A stretch of 39,398 nucleotides of DNA from a virus: IMG/VR virus record IMGVR_UViG_3300010167_000006, positions 1 through 39,398 of that record; one strand, 5' to 3'. The notes below the pieces were generated by a model. That model was not told the origin of the DNA. It searched no databases and saw only the letters and a program-made list of their open reading frames with translations. Made by a program: the position numbers and the translations under genes. This document shows, in pieces, positions 1-8,763 of this stretch; position 1 is the stretch's first letter; every line of letters starts with the position of its first letter.

Positions 1-123
1 TCGGCGCTCGGGCACGAACGCGGCGCGGGCATCGGCCGCACGAATTGGGAAACAGAGTATTATCCGGACAGGATGAGCAGGATAAAAAAGGCGGAATACG
101 ATGATATCCATTTTCGCAGTGAA
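1..123. repeat. Terminal direct repeat, identical to 39276..39398 (circularisation overlap or terminal redundancy)
   Basis: tcggcgctcgggcacgaacg...ccattttcgcagtgaa read at both ends with no mismatch. Confidence 0.95.
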
Positions 124-153
124 AAAACAGGAAACGCTGGTGAAGATGAATGA
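1..153 (+). CDS. 3' end of the PAPS-reductase-family gene that starts at 38637 (wraps the circular junction), stop TGA 151-153
   Basis: Position 1 corresponds to 39276, which is in frame with ATG 38637. The frame stays open to TGA at 151. Confidence 0.8.
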   Translation, partial: SALGHERGAGIGRTNWETEYYPDRMSRIKKAEYDDIHFRSEKTGNAGEDE

Positions 154-277
154 AAGCAATAACTATATATCAACCATGGGCATCACTTTTGGCTTGCAGT
201 GAAAAAAATATGAAACAAAACTGATTATATCAAGTAATGAAATAATATTAACGAATTAATGAAAGGAAGGTAAATCC

Positions 278-904
278 ATGATTTTAATTGGATACCAAGG
301 AATAGGCAAATCAACGATATCAAGTAAGGAAAATGGATTTTTAAACCTTGAAAGTGGTAGCTTTTGGGTAGAAGGTGTTCAGGCGGATAATTGGTATATA
401 TCATATAGTACAATAGCGGAACATCTTTCTGAGCAAGGCTATTCAGTTTTTACGTCATCTCATTTGGTTGTTAGAAATCAATTGAGAAACAGTTCGCAAA
501 GGAAAATTATTATATGTCCGGAACTTGGACTCGAAGATTTTTGGGTTAGCAAGCTGGAAAAGCGATATAACGAAACGCAAAATGAAAAGAATTATAAAGC
601 CTACATGAACGCCAAGGAAAGGTACGCCGAGAACATACAGGAGCTTTTGGACGATAAAGATTACGAGAAAATTGTGATTTCTTGTGAAATATACGATCTT
701 GCAAAACTAATAAATGAGTTCTGCGCATATGCAAAATGTCCTTTCTGCGGGGGTGAGGCAGTGATGTTATCGCGTTTTATAGGCGGGAGCTTTGGGCTTG
801 GTTCGCATGATGTGTTCTATATTCGCTGTAAAGATTGCAAAAATAAAACTGAAGAATTTAAGGATAAAGAAGAGGCGAAAATAATGTGGAGTAGGAGGGT
901 ATAA
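278..904 (+). CDS. Fusion protein: N-terminal P-loop NTPase/kinase-like domain plus C-terminal Lar-family (restriction alleviation) zinc ribbon
   Basis: GYQGIGKST Walker A at the N-terminus. The C-terminus CPFCGGEAVM...IRCKDCKNKTEEFKDKEEAKIMWSRRV matches the Lar-family pattern (CPFCGG...C..C...A..W..R). RBS aaggaagg lies upstream. Confidence 0.6.
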   Translation: MILIGYQGIGKSTISSKENGFLNLESGSFWVEGVQADNWYISYSTIAEHLSEQGYSVFTSSHLVVRNQLRNSSQRKIIICPELGLEDFWVSKLEKRYNETQNEKNYKAYMNAKERYAENIQELLDDKDYEKIVISCEIYDLAKLINEFCAYAKCPFCGGEAVMLSRFIGGSFGLGSHDVFYIRCKDCKNKTEEFKDKEEAKIMWSRRV

Positions 905-1013
905 ACTTTTTATCCACCGTGAAGATGTAAATGCCGAAAAAATAAAGCAACATGACCTTGTTTCCAGAGCCGGTTCCGGCGAAAGGACGGCAGGGATTGT
1001 GGGAGGTTGAATT

Positions 1014-1214
1014 ATGAGCAGGGACGAACGCGAATCGATCCGAACTTGGGTTAACGCTGGGGTTACGCCTTATTTGCGAGGACTTGGGAAAAACATTAAC
1101 GACGGCCTCCTCGACTACATTGACGACGCCGAGAAAAATATAAAATTGCTTTTGGACGCCCTGGAAAAGTTGGAACCCGACGGAATTTCCCTAAATGGTA
1201 AAAAGGAGGCGTAA
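1014..1214 (+). CDS. Hypothetical early protein
   Basis: ORF with RBS gggagg 6 nt upstream, tightly followed by the next ORF. Confidence 0.5.
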   Translation: MSRDERESIRTWVNAGVTPYLRGLGKNINDGLLDYIDDAEKNIKLLLDALEKLEPDGISLNGKKEA

Positions 1215-1694
1215 ATGAACAATAATAATATCAACGCTTTGTTAATATGGCTCGATGAGATCAATATGTTATATGACGTTTCGACTCCGGGTGAATGGTT
1301 TGTAAAAGACGGTAAAATCGTTACAAACTCCGGATACGAAATCGCCGGAAGCGTCGGCCTTGTTGAGGACGCCGAATTCATCGTCAGCGCGAGATCGAAC
1401 GTACACACTTTGATGGATACGATTCGAACACAGCACGAAAAAATATGTCAAATACAAAAATCCCTTAAAGACCAAAACATCGTAAACGAAATTATACTTA
1501 TGGCTGAAAATTTGCTCGAAGATACAAATGAGCTTCATAAAGACCTTAAAAAATTTATCAATAAAACATCCGTCTTATCCGGAGTGAATAAAACGGCGTA
1601 TACTGCAGGCAGCGAACGCCCGAAAATTACGCGTAAACCCCGCGTCGCTAAAAGCGTTTCATCGCATCGCGTTCCGCCGAAAGGCGGCGATTGA
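1215..1694 (+). CDS. Hypothetical early protein (possibly Ead/Ea22-like)
   Basis: ORF starts immediately after the previous stop and its end overlaps the next start (ATGA-type coupling at 1691). The TPGEW motif is only weakly suggestive. Confidence 0.5.
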   Translation: MNNNNINALLIWLDEINMLYDVSTPGEWFVKDGKIVTNSGYEIAGSVGLVEDAEFIVSARSNVHTLMDTIRTQHEKICQIQKSLKDQNIVNEIILMAENLLEDTNELHKDLKKFINKTSVLSGVNKTAYTAGSERPKITRKPRVAKSVSSHRVPPKGGD

Positions 1695-2269
1695 TGAACA
1701 CCGTCCAACCGATCCGGAGCAAGGCGCAGGTCCGGGACATCGCGGATTACCTGTTATCGTACAGTAAACGCGATTACATACTTTTTATGTTTGGCATATA
1801 CTCCGGCCTGCGGATATCCGACATCCTCCCCTTAAAAGCCCGCGACGTGCGAAACCGCAACCGCCTGACAATCCGCGAAAAAAAAACCGCGAAAGAAAAG
1901 GCGGTTTTTTTAAATGCGGAGCTACAAAAGGCTTTAAAACCTTACGTAGAAAATCTTAACGATTGGGATTATCTTTTTCCGAGTCGACAGCAAGCGAGTC
2001 GCACGAGCAAGGACAAGAACGCGAGGCCCCTCACCCGCCAACGCGCGATCCAGATACTCAAGGCCGCGGCAGCCCGTTTCGGCGTTGAGGACGTCGGGAC
2101 TCATACACTCCGTAAAACCTTTGGTTATCATATGTATAACGACACCAAAGACATCGCAACGTTGCAAACGATCTTTAACCACGCGTCGCCGTTGGTCACG
2201 CTGCGGTATATCGGGATCGACCAGGACCGAAAGGATAATCTCGTAAAAAATTTCAGTTTTACAAAATGA
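1691..2269 (+). CDS. Small tyrosine recombinase, catalytic domain only (192 aa)
   Basis: GLRISD (Arg I), HTLRKTFGYH (H-x-x-R), NHASPLVTLRYIG (His...Tyr nucleophile). No N-terminal core-binding domain. Confidence 0.7.
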   Translation: MMNTVQPIRSKAQVRDIADYLLSYSKRDYILFMFGIYSGLRISDILPLKARDVRNRNRLTIREKKTAKEKAVFLNAELQKALKPYVENLNDWDYLFPSRQQASRTSKDKNARPLTRQRAIQILKAAAARFGVEDVGTHTLRKTFGYHMYNDTKDIATLQTIFNHASPLVTLRYIGIDQDRKDNLVKNFSFTK

Positions 2270-2396
2270 TTAAAAGTAAACTCGAAATGTGTATATATAG
2301 AATATTAATGAAGAAAGATTTCGTTTTGAGTTTAACAGAATATAAAGATATGTAAAACTCGCCGGCGTTCGCCGGCCTATTCGGGGGTGATGAGGG

Positions 2397-2816
2397 TTGA
2401 CGATTGAAACCTATTTGTCAGATGTTTTCGCGTTGGATAAATTGCGCATAGCCCGCGAAACGCAGATCGCAGATTTGCGGGATAAGCTGGAGTATGTCGG
2501 TAAGTCGACCTGCGGCGTTGTTAATCGGAGTTTGTACAAAACTGACCGCGTCGGCGATTTGACGGCGAAGCTGCTGGACACGATAAAAGACTACGAAAGT
2601 GACCTCGACAGGCTTGTCGACGTAAAAAATCAAATAAAGTCGATGATAGACGATATCGAGGACGTACGGTATCAGCTGATCCTCACCGAGCGTTACATCA
2701 ACCTGCGTAGTTGGGACGAGATAGCAGACATGACCAACTACAACATAGATTATGTCATATACCGCCTTCATCCGGATGCGATAAAAAAAATTAAAGAAGT
2801 TAAAGAATATAAATAA
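2397..2816 (+). CDS. Late-gene transcriptional activator, sigma-70 region-4-like (RinA/ArpU/DUF1492-like)
   Basis: TTG start. C-terminal LTERYINLRSWDEIADMTNYNIDYVIYRLH is HTH-like. Lies directly upstream of HNH and terminase, as in RinA/ArpU-type phages. Confidence 0.5.
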   Translation: MTIETYLSDVFALDKLRIARETQIADLRDKLEYVGKSTCGVVNRSLYKTDRVGDLTAKLLDTIKDYESDLDRLVDVKNQIKSMIDDIEDVRYQLILTERYINLRSWDEIADMTNYNIDYVIYRLHPDAIKKIKEVKEYK

Positions 2817-2822
2817 TTCTAC

Positions 2823-3242
2823 ATGGTAATGTGTATCATCACATTTTTATGTTTAACGATAGCGATTGGAGTGTTAGTCATGGGCAGCCGGGCGTTGCAT
2901 GAGTGCTTGGCTATTGGCTGCCATACCCTTACAAAAGACAGCTACTGCGAACTGCATACCAAGGACAAGCCGCAGCCGGATTATCGAAAAGAAGCAGAAA
3001 CACGCAGACCGAGCGCACACAAAAGAGGATACAATGGTCGGTGGCAAAGGTACGCTAAGGTATATTTGGTTAACCACCCCCTATGCGTTACATGCCTTGA
3101 AGCCGGCAGAGCTGTCGCAGCAAACGTGGTCGACCATATCAAAGACCACAAAGGCGACGCCAGGTTGTTTTGGGATACGGAAAATCATCAAGCGTTGTGT
3201 CAGACGCATCACCATCAAAAAACCGCGCGAGAAAATAACTAA
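2823..3242 (+). CDS. HNH endonuclease (packaging-associated)
   Basis: CVTC...VDHIKDHKGD...NHQALCQTHHHQKT HNH/zinc motifs. Lies next to the terminase genes. The true start may be the internal ATG near 2880. Confidence 0.8.
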   Translation: MVMCIITFLCLTIAIGVLVMGSRALHECLAIGCHTLTKDSYCELHTKDKPQPDYRKEAETRRPSAHKRGYNGRWQRYAKVYLVNHPLCVTCLEAGRAVAANVVDHIKDHKGDARLFWDTENHQALCQTHHHQKTARENN

Positions 3243-3384
3243 GAATTAAGTTAAAACAGATTTGTACCCCCAGCAAGGGGGTATACCTATTTCTGGGCGG
3301 AAAAAAAATAGACCGCGGCCCCGTCTGAACTGTGAGAAATCATCCGAGAATGAAATTATATGGAAATGTCTGGGAGGTGGTGTT

Positions 3385-3909
3385 TTGGCCGGAAGAGCGG
3401 CAAAATCATATCTGCAGATCGTCGAAGAGAAGAAAAACCATATCACGAAGGCTGAACTCGACTTTCGGAAGGAACATGAAGAGAAGTTAAAATCGAAATT
3501 AAGGATACGGTGCAAATTTGACAAGAAGAGGTATCCGGAGGCGTACAAGGAATTCCGGCGGCGAATGGAGATCCTCCGGGCGATAGAAAAGGACGACGCG
3601 ATCTACGAAAACGCCGTCAACCGGTACGCCGTGATGTACCAGGAAGCGTTATGGCTGGAGAACGAAATATCCGAGTACAAGGCCGACGTCATGGAGATCA
3701 AGGACCTGGAAATGGCCCCGGACGAAAAGATACTCGCAAAGATAAAGATACAGGACGTCATCAACGCGCTGGACCGGAAGCTGATGGAGAAGCGCGACGC
3801 GATGCTGAAGATCGAGCGCGAGATGGCGATGACGATATCCGCGGCGTTGCGTGCGATACCGAAGAAACCGCCCGGGAAGCCGAAAAAGGATACGGACGAT
3901 TTATTTTAA
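3385..3909 (+). CDS. terS: Terminase small subunit (P27-like)
   Basis: Lies between HNH and TerL. TTG at 3385 has a GGGAGG RBS upstream and gives an N-terminus (M)AGRAAKSY typical of small terminases. The longer ORF from ATG 3262 is the alternative. Confidence 0.6.
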   Translation: MAGRAAKSYLQIVEEKKNHITKAELDFRKEHEEKLKSKLRIRCKFDKKRYPEAYKEFRRRMEILRAIEKDDAIYENAVNRYAVMYQEALWLENEISEYKADVMEIKDLEMAPDEKILAKIKIQDVINALDRKLMEKRDAMLKIEREMAMTISAALRAIPKKPPGKPKKDTDDLF

Positions 3910-3926
3910 AACGAAAACCCTATAGC

Positions 3927-3976
3927 GCCCGGAAACGGTATACGGCTGAGCCGGCTGAGTCGATCCGTTTCCGGGC
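3927..3976. other. Perfect 12-bp-stem hairpin between terS and terL (candidate packaging or regulatory element)
   Basis: GCCCGGAAACGG (3927-3938) and CCGTTTCCGGGC (3965-3976). The loop contains GGCTGAG-CC-GGCTGAG. Confidence 0.5.
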
Positions 3977-4074
3977 CACATGCCTATATAGCAATCCGTG
4001 ATAATTTGGTCTATGCGGCGGGCGTTTGCCGAAATTGAGGCCGGCGTCATGCCATAACCGAATATTCGAAATAT

Positions 4075-5925
4075 ATGGCGGGCAAGGTATCCGCCGAAAA
4101 TCGGGCGCGGAAAGGCGCTTTTTTTATGGACAAAGACGCGGGGTATAAACCCAAGAAAAATAAGCACCCGGCGACGGCGTACGCATTGTCCGTGGTCAAC
4201 GGGACCATCGGATGCAGGATAGGCGCGTGGGAACGGCTCGCGTGCGAACGGCACCTGAACGACCTGAAACGCCAGAAGTCGGCCGGGTTCCCGTACGTCT
4301 TCGACGAGACGCGGGCGAACCGAGTATACGACTGGTTCCAAAAGGTCTGCCGGCACGTGGAAGGCGTCTTCACCGGCCAGACGATACGGCTGATGCCGCA
4401 CCAGTTTTTCGACCTCGGGATGATCTTCGGCTGGGTGCACAAGGACACCGGTTACAGGCGGTTTCAAAATGTTTACAAGAAAGTCGCGAGGGGTAACGCC
4501 AAATCGATCGAGATGTCGGCTATATGCAATTACTCGATGTGCGGGGATTACTACTATCCGCCGTACAAGCCGCAGCTCAGGCGCAAGGGCGGGTATCCGG
4601 CGGTGGAGTGCGCGGCGGTCGACAGGGAGCAGGCGCGGATCGTATACGACAAGGCCAAGATAATGGCCGAGAACAGCCCGGAGATAATGGAGTTTTTGAC
4701 CGTCAGGCGCACTTACGTCGAGCACAAGGAGCTGCGCGGGCACATGAGGGCGCTCTCGAAGGATACGCGGAACAAGAACGGTCTGAACCCCGACCTGGTG
4801 GTGGTGGACGAATGGCACGAGCACCCGTCCCGTTTCATCGTGGACGTCTGCCGGTCCGCGTTTGGGAAGAAGCCGCAAAATTTGATGATAACCATCACCA
4901 CCGCGGGCGTGGACGCCGAAAACAACTCCTGTAAGGAGGAGGAGGACGCCATATGCAAGGCGATCCTAAGGGGCACGATAACGAACGAGACGTACTTCGT
5001 GATCATCCGCGAATGCGACGATGGCGACGACGTGCACGATTTCGCCAACCTGACGAAGTCCAACCCGATACTGCAGGCCGAAAACGCGTACTCCAAGAGG
5101 CTGCGGGAGGAGATCGTAAGCGAGCACGACACAGCGTACGACTCCAACATCCCGGATCTGATCCGCGAGTACCTGACGAAGCGAATAAACTGGTGGGCCG
5201 CCGGGAGCGAGGACAAATACTTCGACGAAGGCTTGATGGACCGGTTTAAGGGCCTCGCGGTAAGTCCTAAGGAATTGAGGGAACTTATCAAGGGGACGCA
5301 GTCGTGGATAGGCGCGGACCTTTCGAAATGCGAGGACCTGACCGCCGGGATATTCGTGCACGACCTCGGCATGGGGCGCATCGCGCTGAGCGCGAGGGGG
5401 TTCATTCCCGGGGAGGCCGTGAGGCGGCACGAAAAATCCGACCGAGTGCCGTACAAATCGTGGGCCGACGAAGGGTACTGCATCGCGACGTCGGGCGAGG
5501 TGACGGACACTAAGTACCTGGTCAAGTGGCTCACGGAATACCACAGGGAAAACGACCTGCGCTGCGGCGAGGTGGCGGCCGACCCCTACAACGCGTCGCA
5601 GTTTTTGAACGACATGGAAAACGAGGGGTATCAGCCGGTGGAGGTAAGGCAGGGCAAGTTTTCGCTTTCGGAGGCGACGAAGCTGTTCCGGCGGCTGGTG
5701 ATGGAGGGTAAAGTCGTCCACGACGGCAACCGGACGCTGGAATGGTGCATCTCCAACGCGTACCAGGAGCAGGACAGCAACGAAAATATAAAATTGTCCA
5801 AGAAAAACGCCAAGGACACGCAGAGGATTGACCTCGCGGCCGCGGTGATAAACGCCCTGACGAGATACGTCGCGCACGCGGCCAAGCCGTCGGTTTACGA
5901 GGCCAGGGGGGTGAGGGCCGTATGA
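4075..5925 (+). CDS. terL: Terminase large subunit
   Basis: 616 aa; LVVVDEWHEH Walker B-like motif; N-terminal ATPase plus C-terminal nuclease layout; lies downstream of terS. Confidence 0.85.
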   Translation: MAGKVSAENRARKGAFFMDKDAGYKPKKNKHPATAYALSVVNGTIGCRIGAWERLACERHLNDLKRQKSAGFPYVFDETRANRVYDWFQKVCRHVEGVFTGQTIRLMPHQFFDLGMIFGWVHKDTGYRRFQNVYKKVARGNAKSIEMSAICNYSMCGDYYYPPYKPQLRRKGGYPAVECAAVDREQARIVYDKAKIMAENSPEIMEFLTVRRTYVEHKELRGHMRALSKDTRNKNGLNPDLVVVDEWHEHPSRFIVDVCRSAFGKKPQNLMITITTAGVDAENNSCKEEEDAICKAILRGTITNETYFVIIRECDDGDDVHDFANLTKSNPILQAENAYSKRLREEIVSEHDTAYDSNIPDLIREYLTKRINWWAAGSEDKYFDEGLMDRFKGLAVSPKELRELIKGTQSWIGADLSKCEDLTAGIFVHDLGMGRIALSARGFIPGEAVRRHEKSDRVPYKSWADEGYCIATSGEVTDTKYLVKWLTEYHRENDLRCGEVAADPYNASQFLNDMENEGYQPVEVRQGKFSLSEATKLFRRLVMEGKVVHDGNRTLEWCISNAYQEQDSNENIKLSKKNAKDTQRIDLAAAVINALTRYVAHAAKPSVYEARGVRAV

Positions 5926-6245
5926 GGTATCTTAACGACATATTATTTTTGCTAGGGTTCGGCGCGTTCGTCTGCGGGGTCGGCTGCTACGACGTAAAGG
6001 CGGCGTTCGTCGCCGGCGGGTTGGTATTGATGGCCCTGGGGTGCCGCACGGCGCTGTCCTTCGGGACGGCGGACAACCGTCCGGACAACCGTCCGGCGAA
6101 CAACCGCCCGGAAAACCGTCCGGCGGACATTCGTCCGGATAAACGTCCGGACGGCGAGGATATTGGCGACGACCCGGGCGGACAGACAAGGAAAAGGCCG
6201 AAGAGGAGCAGACCGAAGAGGATTAGGGGCGGTGGGCCGTTTTGA
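5922..6245 (+). CDS. Small membrane protein with a tandem (D/E)NRP repeat tail
   Basis: Two hydrophobic segments, then DNRPDNRPANNRPENRPADIRPDKRPDG. ATGA overlap with the terL stop. Confidence 0.5.
   Translation: MRYLNDILFLLGFGAFVCGVGCYDVKAAFVAGGLVLMALGCRTALSFGTADNRPDNRPANNRPENRPADIRPDKRPDGEDIGDDPGGQTRKRPKRSRPKRIRGGGPF
6071..6152. repeat. Six tandem 12-15-nt units of GGAC-N4-GTCC type (GGACAACCGTCC consensus)
   Basis: ggacaaccgtcc ggacaaccgtcc ggcgaacaaccgccc ggaaaaccgtcc ggcggacattcgtcc ggataaacgtcc, read directly. Confidence 0.9.
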
Positions 6246-7597
6246 TATTGGAAAGGCTTTTTCGCGGAAGGGAACCGGATGCGCCGCAGGGCCCCGCGGC
6301 GAAGTCCATATCGCAGGAGGAGCAGCAGATATTCAACGCGAGCGCGCCCGGGATAAGCGCGCTTTTCGGTTACGGGGGCTCGGCGGCCGGCGTGGCCGTG
6401 ACGGAACAGACGTCTTTGCGGCTGTCGGCGGTCTACGCGTGCGTGCAGCTTTTGTCCCGCGTGATGGCGATGACGCCGTTGATACTGTACCGGGACCGCG
6501 GGATCGGCGATAAGGGCGCGTGTAAGGACAGGGCCCCGGACCATCCGTTATACCGAACGCTGAAAAGCGTGGCTTTCGGCTGGATGCCGGCATACCAACT
6601 TAAAGAGTGTATGATGATAAGCAACCTGCTGTCGGGCAACAGTTACGCGTACATACACCGGGACAGACAGGGCAGGTGCGTCGGGCTGCAGTACATGCCG
6701 CATAAATACGTCACGGTAAAGGTCGACGGGAAAAAAAGCGAGAAGGAGTACGCATACAGGGTAAACAACAGGGAGTACGTTTTCGGCGAGGACGAGGTCC
6801 TGCACGTGCCGGGCATGGGTTACGACGGGATACGCGGCCTGTCGCCGATCGAGATGGCGATGGACGCGATCGGCAAGGGTCTGGCGGTGCAGGAGTTCGG
6901 GAGCAAGTTTTTCGCCAACGGGATAAACCCGGGCGGGGTTTTCGAGCATCCGGGCGTTTTGGGCGAGGACGCGCACAACAGGCTGAAAGCCGATCTGGAT
7001 TCGCGGCGGGGCCCGGGGAATTCCGGGAAAACGCTGATTCTGGAAGAGGGCATGACGTACCACACGACTGCGATATCGCCCGAGCAGGCGCAGTTCATCG
7101 AGACCATGAAGTTCACCGTGACGGACATCGCGAGGATATTCGGGGTGCCGCCGCATATGATCGCGGATCTGGAGCGCGCGACGTTTTCGAACATTGAGCA
7201 GCAGGACATCGCGTTCGTAAAATACTCAATGCTTGCGTGGTTCATCCGGTTCGAGCAGTTCGTCAACATGAAATGTTTGACCGAGGAGGAACGCGCCGGT
7301 GGGCTGTTCTCCGAATTTTTAGTGGACAACCTCCTGCGCGGAGACAGCCAGGCGAGATCCAACTCGTACAGGAACATGCGGCAGAACGGCGTCATCAACG
7401 CCGACGAGTGGCGGGAGCTGGAAAATATGAACGAGATACCCGACGGATTAGGCAAGGCGTATCTGGTTAACGGAAACATGATCTCGGTACAGGCGGCGAT
7501 GGAGAACAGGCCGAGGAGCGCGGGCAACAGTCCGGACAACAGTCCGGACGGAAACTCGGGGGATGGGTCGGACGGAGGTAAGGGAAACACGGGTTGA
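6242..7597 (+). CDS. Portal protein (HK97 family-like)
   Basis: 451 aa, follows terL. Conserved-looking core (GNSYAYIHRD, VPPHMI). C-terminal low-complexity tail. Confidence 0.8.
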   Translation: MILERLFRGREPDAPQGPAAKSISQEEQQIFNASAPGISALFGYGGSAAGVAVTEQTSLRLSAVYACVQLLSRVMAMTPLILYRDRGIGDKGACKDRAPDHPLYRTLKSVAFGWMPAYQLKECMMISNLLSGNSYAYIHRDRQGRCVGLQYMPHKYVTVKVDGKKSEKEYAYRVNNREYVFGEDEVLHVPGMGYDGIRGLSPIEMAMDAIGKGLAVQEFGSKFFANGINPGGVFEHPGVLGEDAHNRLKADLDSRRGPGNSGKTLILEEGMTYHTTAISPEQAQFIETMKFTVTDIARIFGVPPHMIADLERATFSNIEQQDIAFVKYSMLAWFIRFEQFVNMKCLTEEERAGGLFSEFLVDNLLRGDSQARSNSYRNMRQNGVINADEWRELENMNEIPDGLGKAYLVNGNMISVQAAMENRPRSAGNSPDNSPDGNSGDGSDGGKGNTG

Positions 7598-7902
7598 AGC
7601 CCGTTATCGGCACGGGAACGGCGCAAAGAGGAGGGAACATGACATTGCTGGGCAGCAGGAAACTGGGATTTTACGAGGATAAAATGATGAGGGCCCGCCC
7701 GTCGGAAAGGCGGGACGTTTGCGCGGACGGAACGGAAACGCCGGTTAAACGCCCGGTTTATCGCGATCGCGGCGTTCATACGAAACGGACGGCGCCGGAC
7801 GGTCCGGGCAAAAGAAACGGAGGCGGATCGCCTTGAAGATAAAAGGCCGGAGGAACGAGAAAAGCCAAAACCGGCGCGCGCGAGGATCGGAGGAATGAGT
7901 TT

Positions 7903-8763
7903 TTGACAGCGGAGGAATTTAAAAAGCTGAACAAGGAAAAGAAAACGGGCGAAAACCCCGCGCTGCCCGAGCACAAGGGATTTAAGCAACTTGCGCAGGT
8001 AAGCGCGAAGGACATAAGGGAGACGGACGCGGGGCTGGAAATAGACTTTACGATATCGACTTCGGCTGTGGACCGCGAACAGGACACGATACGGGTCGAG
8101 GGATGGGAACTGGAGAACTACAGGAAAAACCCGGTCGTCATGTGGGCGCACCTGTACAGGGACCCGCCGGTCGCGAAGAGCCTGAAGGAGTGGGTCGAGG
8201 GCCAAAACCTCAAGAGCCGGGCGCTGTTTCCGTTGAAGGATGCCTACAGGTTCGGGCATATGATAGGCGAGATGTACAAGGGCGGGTTCCTTTCCGCCGT
8301 ATCGGTCGGGTTTCGTTCGATCGAAGCGCGCTGGGCCGCGGACGAAAACGAACGGCCCTGGGGCATAGACTACATGCGGCAGGAACTTTTGGAATACTCC
8401 TGCGTGCCGGTTCCCGCCAACCCGGAGGCGCTGGTGGAGGCGAGGGCCGCGGGGATCGACACGAAGGAATACCTGGAAATGACGGTGAGGTGCCTGGAAA
8501 CGGGCGACGACCTGATACCGGCCGAAATGGCCGAGAGGGTATACAAGGCGCTGAAGACGAAAAGCGCTTTTTTTATGCCGGGAAAACCGGGGAACTCTGA
8601 AGGCGAAACCGGGGACAAGACCGCGGACAAGTCCGGGGAACCGTCCGCGGATGAGTCCGCCAAGGCCGCAAACGCGGCCTCATGTTTGGCGGGAGTTTAT
8701 GCGGCGAGAGTGAAAATAAACGAAAACAGGAGGGGTTTGTATGAATTACAAAGAATTGGCTAA
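7903..8763 (+). CDS. Prohead maturation protease (HK97 family-like)
   Basis: TTG start with GGAGGA RBS. FTISTSAVDREQDTIRVEGWELENYRKNPVVMWAH is typical of HK97-type prohead proteases. Lies between portal and capsid. Confidence 0.75.
   Translation: MTAEEFKKLNKEKKTGENPALPEHKGFKQLAQVSAKDIRETDAGLEIDFTISTSAVDREQDTIRVEGWELENYRKNPVVMWAHLYRDPPVAKSLKEWVEGQNLKSRALFPLKDAYRFGHMIGEMYKGGFLSAVSVGFRSIEARWAADENERPWGIDYMRQELLEYSCVPVPANPEALVEARAAGIDTKEYLEMTVRCLETGDDLIPAEMAERVYKALKTKSAFFMPGKPGNSEGETGDKTADKSGEPSADESAKAANAASCLAGVYAARVKINENRRGLYELQRIG

Noticed and set aside
7594-7836. 80-aa ORF in the 305-nt gap between portal and protease
   Set aside because: It is a highly basic, low-complexity Arg/Gly-rich translation with a TTG start overlapping the portal stop and no RBS. 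It cannot be excluded, but there is no positive support. The gap itself stays unexplained.
3901-8259. Long reverse-strand ORFs across the packaging/head region (for example 3901..4878, 4713..5534, 4966..5877, 5987..6544, 6820..8259), plus many alternative-frame plus-strand ORFs
   Set aside because: They lie entirely inside well-supported plus-strand genes (terL, portal, protease). Their translations are Arg/Pro/Ser-rich and low-complexity, as expected for shadow ORFs in GC-rich coding DNA. They have no RBS or module logic.
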